From Ructibacterium sp. (GTDB taxonomy: Bacteria > Bacillota > Clostridia > Monoglobales > Monoglobaceae), in the NCBI GenBank assembly GCA_045534975.1, contig JAZSKV010000054.1, positions 2,200-66,199 of the forward strand: DNA of 64,000 nucleotides, in the 5' to 3' direction. Below the pieces are notes generated by a model. The model worked only from the letters and a program-made list of their open reading frames with translations. It did no database searches and had not been told where the DNA came from. A program made the position numbers and the translations under genes. Shown in pieces: positions 17,235 to 26,818 of the stretch (within the stretch, counting starts at the first letter, position 1; each line of letters begins with the position of its first letter).

Positions 17235-18305
17235 TTATCTCTTTTTCAGCATATCTAAGATTGCAATGGCACATCCAGCCTCAACCACCGGCACTGCCCG
17301 GTGGGCGATACAAGGGTCATGTCTTCCCTGGATGAAGATTTTGGCATTTTCCATGGCTTTGATATCCACCGTTTTTTGTTCCTGAGAGATAGATGGAGTG
17401 GGTTTGATGGCAACCCGGAAAATCACCGGCATTCCATTGGTAATGCCACCGTTAATACCGGCATTGTGATTGGTTTCTGTTTTGATGACTCCGTCTTCTA
17501 TATAGAAAGCATCATTGGCTTCTCTTCCCGTCATTTCCGCAAACCGGAATCCGGCACCAAATTCGATCCCTTTGACAGCCGGAATGGAGAACATCATAGA
17601 AGAAATTTTGCTTTCCACCGAGCCAAAGAACGGTTCGCCCAGTCCTGCAGGAATGCCGGTCACCCCGCACTCTAAAATACCGCCCACAGAATTCATTTCC
17701 TCTTTCTTTTTGAGAATTACCTCTTCCATGGACTTTCCTGCACTATCATCAAGGGTCGGGAACGCCTTGCGAGAAACCTCTTTTAAGGTTTTGACAGAGA
17801 GATTGGTTTCATCAAATCTATCGTCCTGCACATCTGCTATTTGCAGAATATGGGCACCGATTTGAATACCCTCCCTTGCTAATACCTGTTTTGCAATGGC
17901 ACCAGCAAAAACCAGGGGTGCCGTAATCCGTCCGGAAAAATGTCCGCCGCCCCGGTAATCGTGAGCATCACCATATTTCAAAAATCCGGTGAGGTCTGCA
18001 TGTCCCGGTCGTATCAGTTCCTGGGTATAATCTTTAGACCTTGTATTGGTGTTTATGATAACGCCTGCCAAGGGCGTTCCTGTGGTTTTACCATCCAAAA
18101 AACCGGAGAGAATTTTAACCTCATCTTTTTCCGCCCGGGGCGTAGATAAGGAATTTTGCCCAGGGGCACGCCGCCCCATCTCCCGGCGAATTTCTTCCAA
18201 ATTCAGAGCGGTTCCAGCCGGAATTCCATCAATAACAACCCCGATACCTTCCCCGTGGGATTCTCCAAAGATACTGATTTTAAAATTTTCTCCCCATAGA
18301 TTCAT
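17235..18305 (-). CDS. aroC: Chorismate synthase
   Basis: FGESHG, RPGHAD, RGGGHFSGRIT, GRHDPC. Confidence 0.95.
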   Translation of the reverse strand: MNLWGENFKISIFGESHGEGIGVVIDGIPAGTALNLEEIRREMGRRAPGQNSLSTPRAEKDEVKILSGFLDGKTTGTPLAGVIINTNTRSKDYTQELIRPGHADLTGFLKYGDAHDYRGGGHFSGRITAPLVFAGAIAKQVLAREGIQIGAHILQIADVQDDRFDETNLSVKTLKEVSRKAFPTLDDSAGKSMEEVILKKKEEMNSVGGILECGVTGIPAGLGEPFFGSVESKISSMMFSIPAVKGIEFGAGFRFAEMTGREANDAFYIEDGVIKTETNHNAGINGGITNGMPVIFRVAIKPTPSISQEQKTVDIKAMENAKIFIQGRHDPCIAHRAVPVVEAGCAIAILDMLKKR

Positions 18306-18309
18306 TTGA

Positions 18310-19626
18310 TTAACCTTCTCTTTCTTTCGAAATTACCTGACCGTACTCCACAAGTGTTACCGGGCCGGTATGTAAATTCTCATAAACCTGAAAGAAATCA
18401 GGATAAGATTTCTTGACCGCGTTTTTTCCGCCGGCAATAGTAACTGTCCCCTCGCAACGACAAGCGGCAATGGCCAATGCCATAGCAATCCGATGGTCGT
18501 TCCAGGCAGACACCGTTTCTCCGTGCAAAATCTGGGTTCCCTGGATTTTTAAATAATCCACGCCCTCTTCAATCTGTAAGCCAAGCCGGATAAGTTCACT
18601 GGCAACCGCTGTCAGCCGGTCACTCTCTTTCATACGCAAACGCCCAGCATTGATAATTCTGCTTTCGCCCTCGCAAAAGCCACAAAGAACTGCCAGAATC
18701 GGCACCAAATCCGGAATTTCACGAGCATCAATTTCAATACCACGCATTTCGGCGGAAGAACATGCCTGCACGCTGCCATCCGGAAAGGTTTTTACCTTAG
18801 CACCTGCTCGTTCCAAAATTTCCAAGACCTTCTTATCCCCTTGCAGGCTGTCTGGGTTTAAATCACAGCACCGGATATCACAGCCTAACGCTCCTGCCAC
18901 TAAGAAAAAGGCGGCCTGGGAATAATCCCCCTCTATCCGATAATCCCTGGCGACATACCTTTGGTTACCCGGGACCAGAAAACGCCGGTAATCCTCATTG
19001 ATAATCTCAATTCCAAAACTTTCTAACACCGAAAGGGTTAAATCCAAATATCCTTTCGACTCCATTTCAGTGGTAATCTCAATTTCACTATCACCATTTA
19101 AAAGTGGCAGGGCAAACAAAAGACCGGTTACAAACTGGGAACTTATATTACCCGGCAGAGAAAACTTACCCGGTTTTAATTGCCCGTCGATGCGCATGGT
19201 ATCTTGCTCTATTTTACATGAGATACCTTTCTTTGCAAAAATATCTAAGTATGGCTTTTGGGGCCGTTGCATTAACCGACCTTTCCCTCGAAAAACAACA
19301 GGACGGTTCCATAAAAGAGCCACCGGAATCAAAAAACGCAGGGTAGAACCACTCTCTTCACAATCCAACACCAGTTCCTCGGCAATCTTTTTTTGCTTAC
19401 CGGAAAAGGTTACCCGGCCGTTTTGGATACTTTTCCGGAATCCCGCTCCCAAACTTTTCATACAGTTCAGCGTCGCCAAGACATCCTTGGAAAAGGCAAT
19501 ATGATCAATGGTACAATTCTCCCCAGAGAGAGCTGCCGCAATGATTGCCCTATGGGCAACACTTTTTGACGGGGGAATTTGTACCGTTCCCCGCAACATT
19601 CCCGGCTCGATGGTCGTAATATCCAT
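18310..19626 (-). CDS. aroA: 3-phosphoshikimate 1-carboxyvinyltransferase (EPSP synthase)
   Basis: PPSKSVAHR, ESGSTLR, SSQFVTGLL, KESDR, DHRIAM; start MDIT at 19626. Confidence 0.95.
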   Translation of the reverse strand: MDITTIEPGMLRGTVQIPPSKSVAHRAIIAAALSGENCTIDHIAFSKDVLATLNCMKSLGAGFRKSIQNGRVTFSGKQKKIAEELVLDCEESGSTLRFLIPVALLWNRPVVFRGKGRLMQRPQKPYLDIFAKKGISCKIEQDTMRIDGQLKPGKFSLPGNISSQFVTGLLFALPLLNGDSEIEITTEMESKGYLDLTLSVLESFGIEIINEDYRRFLVPGNQRYVARDYRIEGDYSQAAFFLVAGALGCDIRCCDLNPDSLQGDKKVLEILERAGAKVKTFPDGSVQACSSAEMRGIEIDAREIPDLVPILAVLCGFCEGESRIINAGRLRMKESDRLTAVASELIRLGLQIEEGVDYLKIQGTQILHGETVSAWNDHRIAMALAIAACRCEGTVTIAGGKNAVKKSYPDFFQVYENLHTGPVTLVEYGQVISKEREG

Positions 19627-19655
19627 TCTCTTCCTCCAACAACGAATTTCTCTTA

Positions 19656-20717
19656 TCAAACAAAACTCGCTTTATCAATTTTCAAAACCTCTACTTTTCC
19701 GATTTCCTTTAAAAGAATCAGGTTGATTTTCTCGCCGTCGCCTTTTTTATCCACCGCCATAGCCTCTTGCATGGATTTTGCGGACATTTCCGTTTCAAGA
19801 GGCAGATGGAATTGGGTAAGGATTTTTTCCATTCGTTCCTTGGTTCCGGGGTGGGTCATACCGATTTTTTCACCATATTCACACGCCATCACCATACCTA
19901 CAGCAACCGCTTCCCCGTGGGTATAAGTTTGATAATGATATTCTTTCTCAATGGCATGACCAAACGTATGACCAAAATTCAAAATCATACGACCGCCGGT
20001 GTCCAGTTCATCCTCTTCCACAACCTGTCTTTTAATATCACAACAAGTATACACGATTTCGGCAATTTTTGCAAACAGTTCTTCTTTGGTTTTGATTTGC
20101 TCTAATAAACCAAATAAGCCTGCGTCCCAGATGGCACCATATTTGATAACCTCTGCCATGCCATCTGCCACATTCCGCTCCGGTAAAGTAGCAAGGCATA
20201 AAGGATCCATTAACACCATCTTGGGTTGATAAAAAGTACCTACCAAATTCTTACCCTTGGGTAAATCAATGGCAACCTTACCACCTACGCTGGAATCCAC
20301 CTGTGCCAAAATACTGGTTGGAATCTGCACAAAGGGAATCCCCCGCAGCAAGGTTGCTGCCGCATAGCCGGTCAAATCACCAACAACGCCGCCACCCAAG
20401 GCAACCACCAAATCCGAACGGGTCATACCAAAATCCAGCATCTCATCATAGAGCCAAAAAAGGTTTTCCCTGCATTTACTCTCCTCGCCTGCCGGAATCT
20501 CACAAATATGTACCGAGAATCCAGCCTTTTCCAAACTGTGAGAAAGGATTTTCCCATAGAGAGGTCCTACATTAGAATCGGTTATAATGGTGGCTTTCTG
20601 ACCGGCAGAAATCTTCCGGATATATTCACCTGCTTTTTCCAAAAGCCCATTTTCGATATATATATCATATTCCCGTCCGGGCAGATTGATTGATAATTGT
20701 TTCATTTTCTCATTCAT
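19656..20717 (-). CDS. aroB: 3-dehydroquinate synthase
   Basis: LGGGVVGDLTG, DSSVGGK, GKNLVG, LNFGHTFGHAIE. Confidence 0.95.
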   Translation of the reverse strand: MNEKMKQLSINLPGREYDIYIENGLLEKAGEYIRKISAGQKATIITDSNVGPLYGKILSHSLEKAGFSVHICEIPAGEESKCRENLFWLYDEMLDFGMTRSDLVVALGGGVVGDLTGYAAATLLRGIPFVQIPTSILAQVDSSVGGKVAIDLPKGKNLVGTFYQPKMVLMDPLCLATLPERNVADGMAEVIKYGAIWDAGLFGLLEQIKTKEELFAKIAEIVYTCCDIKRQVVEEDELDTGGRMILNFGHTFGHAIEKEYHYQTYTHGEAVAVGMVMACEYGEKIGMTHPGTKERMEKILTQFHLPLETEMSAKSMQEAMAVDKKGDGEKINLILLKEIGKVEVLKIDKASFV

Positions 20718-21607
20718 TCCTTTTTCTTCGACACCATTTCGCGAAAGTATTCCGGCTCTTTATTTTGCATGTATTCTTTATTTTCTGTCACCGTCTGAAG
20801 AAGTGCAGACAAACCACTCGCATCTTTATCTTCAATGGCTTTTCGAATTTTTCCAAGACTATTTAGATAGCGGTCCACTTCCGCAAGGACATTCTCGCGG
20901 TTATCCAAAAAGAGTTCTGTCCAAAGTTCTGGATTAATTTGGGCAATCCGGGTACAGTCCCGAAATGCTCCGGCTGTATAAGCCCGGTTCATCTGGTCAT
21001 GAAAATCCAAACAAAGACCTGCCGCCGCAATATGCATTAAATCACTGGTATAGGCAATCACGCTGTCATGTTCCGCAAAATCCGCCATGGTGATACGGGT
21101 GGCACCAATGTACTGGGCCATTTCCCGAACCAAGGCAATGCTACTCTCTTTTGCACCGGACATGGGAGTGATGATAAAACCGGTCATCCAGAAAAGTTCC
21201 GGCGTTGCATAGGAGAAACCACTGTTCTCCGTTCCTGCCATTGGATGACCACCCACATAATCCACGCCTGCAGGCAAAATCTTTGCCATTTCTTCTGCAA
21301 TCTTACTTTTAATGCCGCAAACATCAGTCACAACTGCACCTTGTTTCAAACAATTCCTGTTTTCCCTTAGGATTTTAGAAATCAAATCCGGGTATGTGCA
21401 CATAATGACTAAGTCTGCACCCTGTATCGCCTCGCCAGGTTCTGCCACCGCATGATGAACTGCCTTTTTTTTCATTGCTTCTTCTCTGGTTTTGGGATTG
21501 ATATCACAGCCGATGATTTCGGCATTTCGAAATCCATGCAACGCATAGGCCAAGGAACCGCCAATCAGACCCAAGCCAACGACTGCTATCTTAAAGTCAC
21601 TGTTCAT
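20714..21607 (-). CDS. tyrA: Prephenate dehydrogenase
   Basis: GLGLIGGS, DVCGIK, GGHPMAGTE, HD, FRDCTRIA. Confidence 0.92.
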   Translation of the reverse strand: MNSDFKIAVVGLGLIGGSLAYALHGFRNAEIIGCDINPKTREEAMKKKAVHHAVAEPGEAIQGADLVIMCTYPDLISKILRENRNCLKQGAVVTDVCGIKSKIAEEMAKILPAGVDYVGGHPMAGTENSGFSYATPELFWMTGFIITPMSGAKESSIALVREMAQYIGATRITMADFAEHDSVIAYTSDLMHIAAAGLCLDFHDQMNRAYTAGAFRDCTRIAQINPELWTELFLDNRENVLAEVDRYLNSLGKIRKAIEDKDASGLSALLQTVTENKEYMQNKEPEYFREMVSKKKE

Positions 21608-21611
21608 AGTT

Positions 21612-22628
21612 CTAAACCTCTATACCCAAACTGTTACCTACACTCTTTATTTTAGTCATCAAAGAATCAAACTGTTGCGGATTTAGAGATTGCGCTCCGT
21701 CACACAATGCTTTTTCCGGGCAATTATGAACCTCAACAATGATACCGTCTGCCCCCACGGTCATGGCTGCCAGCGAAAGGGGTTCTACCATCCAACTCAT
21801 ACCGGCAGAGTGAGACGGGTCTACAATCACCGGCAGGTGGCTCAGGCGTTTTACAGCAGGAATCGCACTTAAATCAAGGGTGTTTCTTGTGTAGGTTTCA
21901 AAAGTACGGATACCCCGTTCGCAGAGAATCACATTGGGATTGCCGCCTGCCAGAATATACTCCGCAGACATCAGCCATTCTTCGATGGTAGAAGACAGAC
22001 CACGCTTTAAGAGGATGGGTTTACTGCACTTACCCAATTCTTTCAACAAATCGAAGTTTTGCATGTTCCGGGCGCCAACCTGAATCACGTCCACACTTTC
22101 TTCAAAGACCTCAACCATATACGGGCTCATGATTTCTGTTACAACCGGAAGTCCGGTTTCTTCTTTTGCCTCTTTTAACAGGCGAATGCCTTCCTGTTCC
22201 AGACCCTGGAAAGAATTGGGCGACGTTCTGGGTTTAAAAGCCCCACCCCGGAGCAGTTTTGCACCGCTTTGTTTTACATCTTCTGCAACAGAGAGAATCT
22301 GGGACTCATTTTCTACAGAGCAGGGACCTGCAATGACCGTAAAGGTATTCTCTACGCCGATCTTAGCATCGCCTACAGAAACGATGGTATTTTCGGGATG
22401 GAATTTCCGGCTAGCCTTTTTGAAAGGTTCTGCAATCCGCATAACCCGGTCAACATGACAGTTCAGCATCAAAGTATCCGGGTCAATCCTGCTGGTATCG
22501 CCAAGCAAACCAAGAACGGTGCAGTCCACGCCGGTATTAACCATCACATCAAGCCCCATGTCTTTTACATAGGATATCATTTTTTGAACATCTTCTTCTA
22601 ATGTTCTGGGTTTCAAAATTACTACCAT
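21612..22628 (-). CDS. aroF: DAHP synthase (type I-beta) with N-terminal regulatory domain
   Basis: IAGPCSVE, RGGAFKPRTSP, GARNMQNF, LKRG, DPSH. Confidence 0.95.
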   Translation of the reverse strand: MVVILKPRTLEEDVQKMISYVKDMGLDVMVNTGVDCTVLGLLGDTSRIDPDTLMLNCHVDRVMRIAEPFKKASRKFHPENTIVSVGDAKIGVENTFTVIAGPCSVENESQILSVAEDVKQSGAKLLRGGAFKPRTSPNSFQGLEQEGIRLLKEAKEETGLPVVTEIMSPYMVEVFEESVDVIQVGARNMQNFDLLKELGKCSKPILLKRGLSSTIEEWLMSAEYILAGGNPNVILCERGIRTFETYTRNTLDLSAIPAVKRLSHLPVIVDPSHSAGMSWMVEPLSLAAMTVGADGIIVEVHNCPEKALCDGAQSLNPQQFDSLMTKIKSVGNSLGIEV

Positions 22629-22681
22629 TTTTTATTCCTCCAAATTTTATATTAAGTTACGATACATGACTTGTTTCACAC

Positions 22682-22719
22682 AAAAAGAAAATGGGCGGGT
22701 TCCTTTGAACCAGCCCATT
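22682..22719 (-). terminator. Attenuator terminator in the aro operon leader
   Basis: AAUGGGC-U-GGUUC-AAAG-GAACC-C-GCCCAUU followed by UUCUUUUU, ending ~54 nt before aroF. Confidence 0.85.
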
Positions 22720-22747
22720 CTTTTACATAAAAGAAGAAATCTTTTTC

Positions 22748-22885
22748 CTACACTTTCGTAGAAATAGGCTCAAAGGAATTTAAGAATTTGGTAAAGCAAA
22801 AACAGCCGTAGCCAAAAAAGCTAAAGCAAAAGTAAAAGAAATAATATTCAGCTATTTTGAAGTATTGCTTCATACACTCTTTCAT
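22748..22885 (-). CDS. Phe/Tyr-rich leader peptide (45 aa) of the aro-phe-tyr operon
   Basis: Hand translation MKECMKQYFKIAEYYFFYFCFSFFGYGCFCFTKFLNSFEPISTKV*; GAGGAA RBS 6 nt upstream; 11 Phe, 5 Tyr. Confidence 0.85.
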   Translation of the reverse strand: MKECMKQYFKIAEYYFFYFCFSFFGYGCFCFTKFLNSFEPISTKV

Positions 22886-22956
22886 CTGAAATTCCTCATT
22901 CTAAAATTACTGTGTGAAAAAAGTCTGCCCTTCGCACTACACAAACTTTAAAACAC

Positions 22957-22984
22957 ATTATAGCACATTTTTCTCAAATTGCAA
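22957..22984 (-). promoter_or_regulatory. Sigma-A promoter of the aro leader/operon
   Basis: TTGCAA, 16 bp, TATAAT with extended TG. Confidence 0.7.
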
Positions 22985-23029
22985 GAGTTTTTCCAGAAAA
23001 TATTTCTTTTCTCTGCTAAAATCAAAAAA

Positions 23030-23659
23030 TTAACACATTGCAAAATACTCTTGCATAATCTCTATTGCACCCTTTGGAATCATAACTTCGCCGTATTCGT
23101 GCAGTCTTCCATGCATATATTGACAATTTTTTACCTTTTCCCCAAATTCGGTAATCAGCATTTCCGTGCACAAAAACGTTTCGGGTTCTTGAGGAACCAA
23201 ATAAAGATAAAAGGCGCTCTGTAACTTATATAAAACGCTATCACCCACGTAGCGGTCTGCAAGTTCCCCTGCAGCGGCACAAGCGTTTTCAAATTCCGAA
23301 AACCGATAGATGTATGGTTTTCCATACCCGGTCTGTCTCAACGTAACCCGGCTTTTCTTTAATGTGCCTTTATATTGACAATGATCTATCGCCTGCTGCA
23401 ACTCTTCCTGATTCACAACCCGTGTAATCATCATGCCAAAGCCGTCATTTGCCTCGCCCCGCACTGCCTCCACAAAAAGTTTCGCCCCATCAATGGAAAA
23501 ATCAACGTTTTCTTCTGCCAGTTTCATGGCCTTCCAGAACATCTCCTGAACCTGTGGCGTATTAGCATCGATTTCTTTAAAGGAAATGTACCAATGTTCA
23601 GCCTCCTGGCCATAAATCATCACTTTGATTTTGTTTTCGTTGATTTTCTCAATCCTCAT
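23030..23659 (-). CDS. mecA: ClpC adaptor protein MecA
   Basis: MRIEKINENKIKV N-terminus, EMFW, GAKLFVEA, EFG..EYG C-terminus. Confidence 0.88.
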   Translation of the reverse strand: MRIEKINENKIKVMIYGQEAEHWYISFKEIDANTPQVQEMFWKAMKLAEENVDFSIDGAKLFVEAVRGEANDGFGMMITRVVNQEELQQAIDHCQYKGTLKKSRVTLRQTGYGKPYIYRFSEFENACAAAGELADRYVGDSVLYKLQSAFYLYLVPQEPETFLCTEMLITEFGEKVKNCQYMHGRLHEYGEVMIPKGAIEIMQEYFAMC

Positions 23660-23921
23660 ATGTCACCCCTCCACCTGTCATATCACAAACACACTGCATT
23701 CCACTGTATGCATCTTTAAAATCTTCCATACATTTATTATACTTTAACCTTTTTAGATTGCAACGGGATTTTCCAGAAAAAAAGGAATTGTAAGCACTTT
23801 GTAAACCTTAGGAAAACTTTGTAACACAATCGAAATTTTCCCAGTGATTTTTTGCAGGAATTTTTCCAAAACCTCTTGTATTTTTTTAGATTTGTGCTAT
23901 AATAAAACCATCAAAACAAAA

Positions 23922-24112
23922 GCATCCCTGCTATGTTTGTAAACAGAGGTTACAATGTAAAACCAACAATTTTACGAAGGGGCCTTGTCTCCAAAAGCGG
24001 CGCACATGCCTCATGCTTTATGCATCCAGTGGACTTGTAATGTTTTTGGGCGTTTCCCCACCTGGATTCCAGGTTTTTACAAAACCTCATGCTACGGCAC
24101 GGCGGGGTTTTT
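23922..24112 (+). ncRNA. ssrS: 6S RNA
   Basis: ~190-nt self-complementary rod (CCCUGC/GCGGGG, GAGGUU/AACCUC, UGUAAAACC/GGUUUUUACA) with a central bubble; CCCACCUG..GGUU and ACGGCAC motifs recalled from Bacillota 6S; promoter TTGTAT..TGcTATAAT at 23876-23903. Confidence 0.82.
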
Positions 24113-24220
24113 TCTTTTGCCCAAAAAGTTACCCTTGTATCGTAAAAAAGCACTTGACAAATTGCAGGAATTAAGATATAAATATTAGTAAGTATTTGTT
24201 ATGAAATAGGGGGATTTGTC

Positions 24221-24757
24221 TTGCGGATTATTTCCGGAATGCGAAAGGGCTTGAAACTGAAAACGCCTGACGGAATGAACACACGACCCACGACGGATCG
24301 AGTAAAAGAATCCATCTTTAATCTCCTGCAATTTCATCTTCCCTGCCCCTTGGTGCTTGACCTTTTTGCTGGCAGTGGCGCTTTGGGAATCGAAGCACTC
24401 AGCCGTCATTGTTCTCACGCAGTTTTTGTGGACAAGAACCCCCGTTCTGTGGCTTTGGTGCGGGAAAACTTAACGGCTGCACGGTTGGAAGAAAATGCTT
24501 CCGTTTTTTCTACTGATGCTTTTTCTTTCCTTGCCGGATGTCAGGAAACTTTTGACTTAATCTTTCTTGACCCCCCTTACAACCAAGGTTTTCTACAACC
24601 GATTATGGACGAGATTGCAAACCGGAATCTTTTAAACGAAAACGGTGTCATCATCATAGAAAGCGAAAAAAATGGTGAACCCTTGACAAATACCTATTAT
24701 ACAGTGAGACGGGTTGCCACCTATGGCAATACGGTTATCACAGTGTTGCAAAGGTGA
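24221..24757 (+). CDS. rsmD: 16S rRNA (guanine966-N2)-methyltransferase
   Basis: TRPTTDRVKES, LDLFAGSGALGIEALSR, DPPY; promoter TTGACA-17-TATAAA at 24154-24182. Confidence 0.93.
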   Translation: MRIISGMRKGLKLKTPDGMNTRPTTDRVKESIFNLLQFHLPCPLVLDLFAGSGALGIEALSRHCSHAVFVDKNPRSVALVRENLTAARLEENASVFSTDAFSFLAGCQETFDLIFLDPPYNQGFLQPIMDEIANRNLLNENGVIIIESEKNGEPLTNTYYTVRRVATYGNTVITVLQR

Positions 24758-24761
24758 CAGT

Positions 24762-25244
24762 ATGACCACAGTTGTTTATCCGGGGAGTTTTGATCCCTGT
24801 ACAAATGGACACCTTGATATTATTGCCAGGGCCTCCCGCCTTTTTGACCGAGTTATCATTGCTGTCTTGGTAAATCATGCAAAATTTCCGCTCTTTACAG
24901 CAGAAGAACGTGTAGAACTTTTAAAAACTGCTGTTGCGGAGTATCCCAACGTGGAAGTTCACGCCTTTTCAGGATTGTTGGTTGACTTCATGGAAAAGAT
25001 GGGCGCCAACATTATTATCAAAGGGATTCGTGCTTTATCAGATTACGAATACGAGTTCCAAATGGCATTGACCAACCACGCCCTATCGCCTACCATTGAA
25101 ACGCTTTTTCTCCCGGCGAGCAAGGAATATATGTTCCTAAGTTCCAGTCTGGTCAAAGAGGTGAGCAAGTACGGTGGCCCACTCAATGGTTTGGTTCCCG
25201 ATTCCTTAATCCCAGTTATAAATGAGCGGTGTAAAGAAAAATAA
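24762..25244 (+). CDS. coaD: Phosphopantetheine adenylyltransferase
   Basis: YPGSFDPCTNGHLDI, GIRALSDYEYE, SSSLVKE. Confidence 0.95.
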   Translation: MTTVVYPGSFDPCTNGHLDIIARASRLFDRVIIAVLVNHAKFPLFTAEERVELLKTAVAEYPNVEVHAFSGLLVDFMEKMGANIIIKGIRALSDYEYEFQMALTNHALSPTIETLFLPASKEYMFLSSSLVKEVSKYGGPLNGLVPDSLIPVINERCKEK

Positions 25245-25284
25245 CCGCTTCTCTATATCTATTTATTTATTAGGAGGTAAACAC

Positions 25285-25800
25285 ATGGACGCATTAGAAT
25301 TATTGGATGAGTTAGAGGATATTATAGAGAAAGGTGCTGCTGTTCCCTTTTCTGGCCGTTGCATTTTGGAACGGGACGAACTTTTAGATGTTCTTCAGGA
25401 ATTAAAACTCAAACTCCCCGAAGACTTAAAGCAGGCAAAATGGATCAAAGAAGAAAGACAACGGATTCTGCAAGAAGCACAGGCTGAGGCAGATGAAATT
25501 ATCAAAACCGTAGAAAAGAAAGCGGTTTCTATGGTTGATGAAAACGAAATTACCAAGCAGGCTATGATCCGTGGTAAGCAAATCGTAGATAGTTCTACCA
25601 ACGAAGCTATTGAGATTGCAGATTCTGCTTACAACTATTCTGACAACCTGCTGGAAACCGTAGAAAAAGTTGTCCTGAGTTCTATGAAAGAACTGGAACA
25701 GTGTGTTGCGATTGTTCGTAACAATCGTAGCAATCTACGTGACAGCCATGATCAGCAATTTAACGCTCCTGTTATGGAACCGGAAACAGACGTTGAATAA
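25285..25800 (+). CDS. Conserved coiled-coil protein typically found downstream of coaD (DivIVA/ATPase-subunit-like)
   Basis: ELEDIIE..VPFSG..LPEDLKQAKWIKEER..ILQEAQAEA; GGAGG RBS. Confidence 0.7.
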   Translation: MDALELLDELEDIIEKGAAVPFSGRCILERDELLDVLQELKLKLPEDLKQAKWIKEERQRILQEAQAEADEIIKTVEKKAVSMVDENEITKQAMIRGKQIVDSSTNEAIEIADSAYNYSDNLLETVEKVVLSSMKELEQCVAIVRNNRSNLRDSHDQQFNAPVMEPETDVE

Positions 25801-25811
25801 TTTTAAAAGTT

Positions 25812-25847
25812 AAAAACCTATGCAACTTTCGTCGCATAGGTTTTTTT
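25812..25847. terminator. Bidirectional terminator
   Basis: AAAAACCTATGC...GCATAGGTTTTT. Confidence 0.75.
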
Positions 25848-26101
25848 CATTCTTCCTTTTGCCGATGCATCCGCTCTACAATCACCAAATCATCGCCGAT
25901 TTTTTTAATATTCTCCCAAGGAATGGATCGTTCCGGCTCCTTACCAAACAAACCAAAAGCCCGATATCCCCCTGGCACATGAATGGCAATCACCCTACCG
26001 GTTACCGCATCAATCTCCAAATCCGATACAAAGCCAAGCCGTTCCCCATCTCCTACATGAATGACCTCTTTTTCTCGTAATTCCCCAAAAGTATAAATCA
26101 T
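25847..26101 (-). CDS. YlmC/YmxH family sporulation protein (PRC-barrel)
   Basis: ELREKEVIHVGDGERLGFVSDLEID...IPWENIKKIGDDLVIV; sigma-E-like ACATAAA-N14-CATAAAAT at 26164-26136. Confidence 0.88.
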   Translation of the reverse strand: MIYTFGELREKEVIHVGDGERLGFVSDLEIDAVTGRVIAIHVPGGYRAFGLFGKEPERSIPWENIKKIGDDLVIVERMHRQKEE

Positions 26102-26218
26102 ACGTCTCCAACCTTTCCGCTCTATTCTTAGTTTCATTTTATGATAGACCTAATTCGTTTATGTTCTACTGTCCATAAGAAAAAAGAAAGCCACAAGATG
26201 CGGCTTTCTTTTTTATCC

Positions 26219-26818
26219 TTATAACTGGACATAAGGCGCAAGATTTAATGGCAGGAAATAGCCCTTATCGTGGCTACAAACCGGGCATTTGGGTGGCACT
26301 TCGGTCCCCTCAAAGATATGACCACAATTTAAACACATCCACTGCTGGGTTTCTGCTGACGAATATAATGCATTATTTTCCAAAAGGTCTGCCAATAATC
26401 CAAACCTGTCCCCGTGGGTTTTTTCAATTTTTGCAATTTTATAAAAGGTTTCCGCAATCTGGGTAAAACCCTCTTCTTTTGCGATATCTCCAAAGCTTTG
26501 GTAAACATCATCGTGTTCTTCATATTCGTTATGCTGTCCTGCCCGGAGTAATTTCACTGTGTTTTCGTAGATATCAACGGGATAACTCCCATCAATCTCA
26601 ATGTTATTACCAGAACATTCGGTCAGATATTTATAAAAGACTTCCGCATGTTCTTTTTCCTGTCCGGCGGTAAACAGGAATACATCAGCAATGGCAGGCA
26701 GATTTTCCTTTTTCGCCTGACCTGCTGCAAAGGTATAGCGGTTTCTCGCCTGGCTCTCGCCGGCAAATGCCCGCATCAAATTTTCTTTTGTCTTACTTTC
26801 TGCAAAGGGAACGCTCAT
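26219..26818 (-). CDS. rbr: Rubrerythrin
   Basis: NLMRAFAGESQARNRY, EKEH, EKTH, C-terminal CLNCG..CPVC. Confidence 0.92.
   Translation of the reverse strand: MSVPFAESKTKENLMRAFAGESQARNRYTFAAGQAKKENLPAIADVFLFTAGQEKEHAEVFYKYLTECSGNNIEIDGSYPVDIYENTVKLLRAGQHNEYEEHDDVYQSFGDIAKEEGFTQIAETFYKIAKIEKTHGDRFGLLADLLENNALYSSAETQQWMCLNCGHIFEGTEVPPKCPVCSHDKGYFLPLNLAPYVQL

Noticed and set aside
22915-22945. Possible hairpin between the aro promoter and the leader ORF
   Set aside because: Weak, interrupted pairing, with no T-box specifier or UGGNACC motif and no riboswitch signature recognised.
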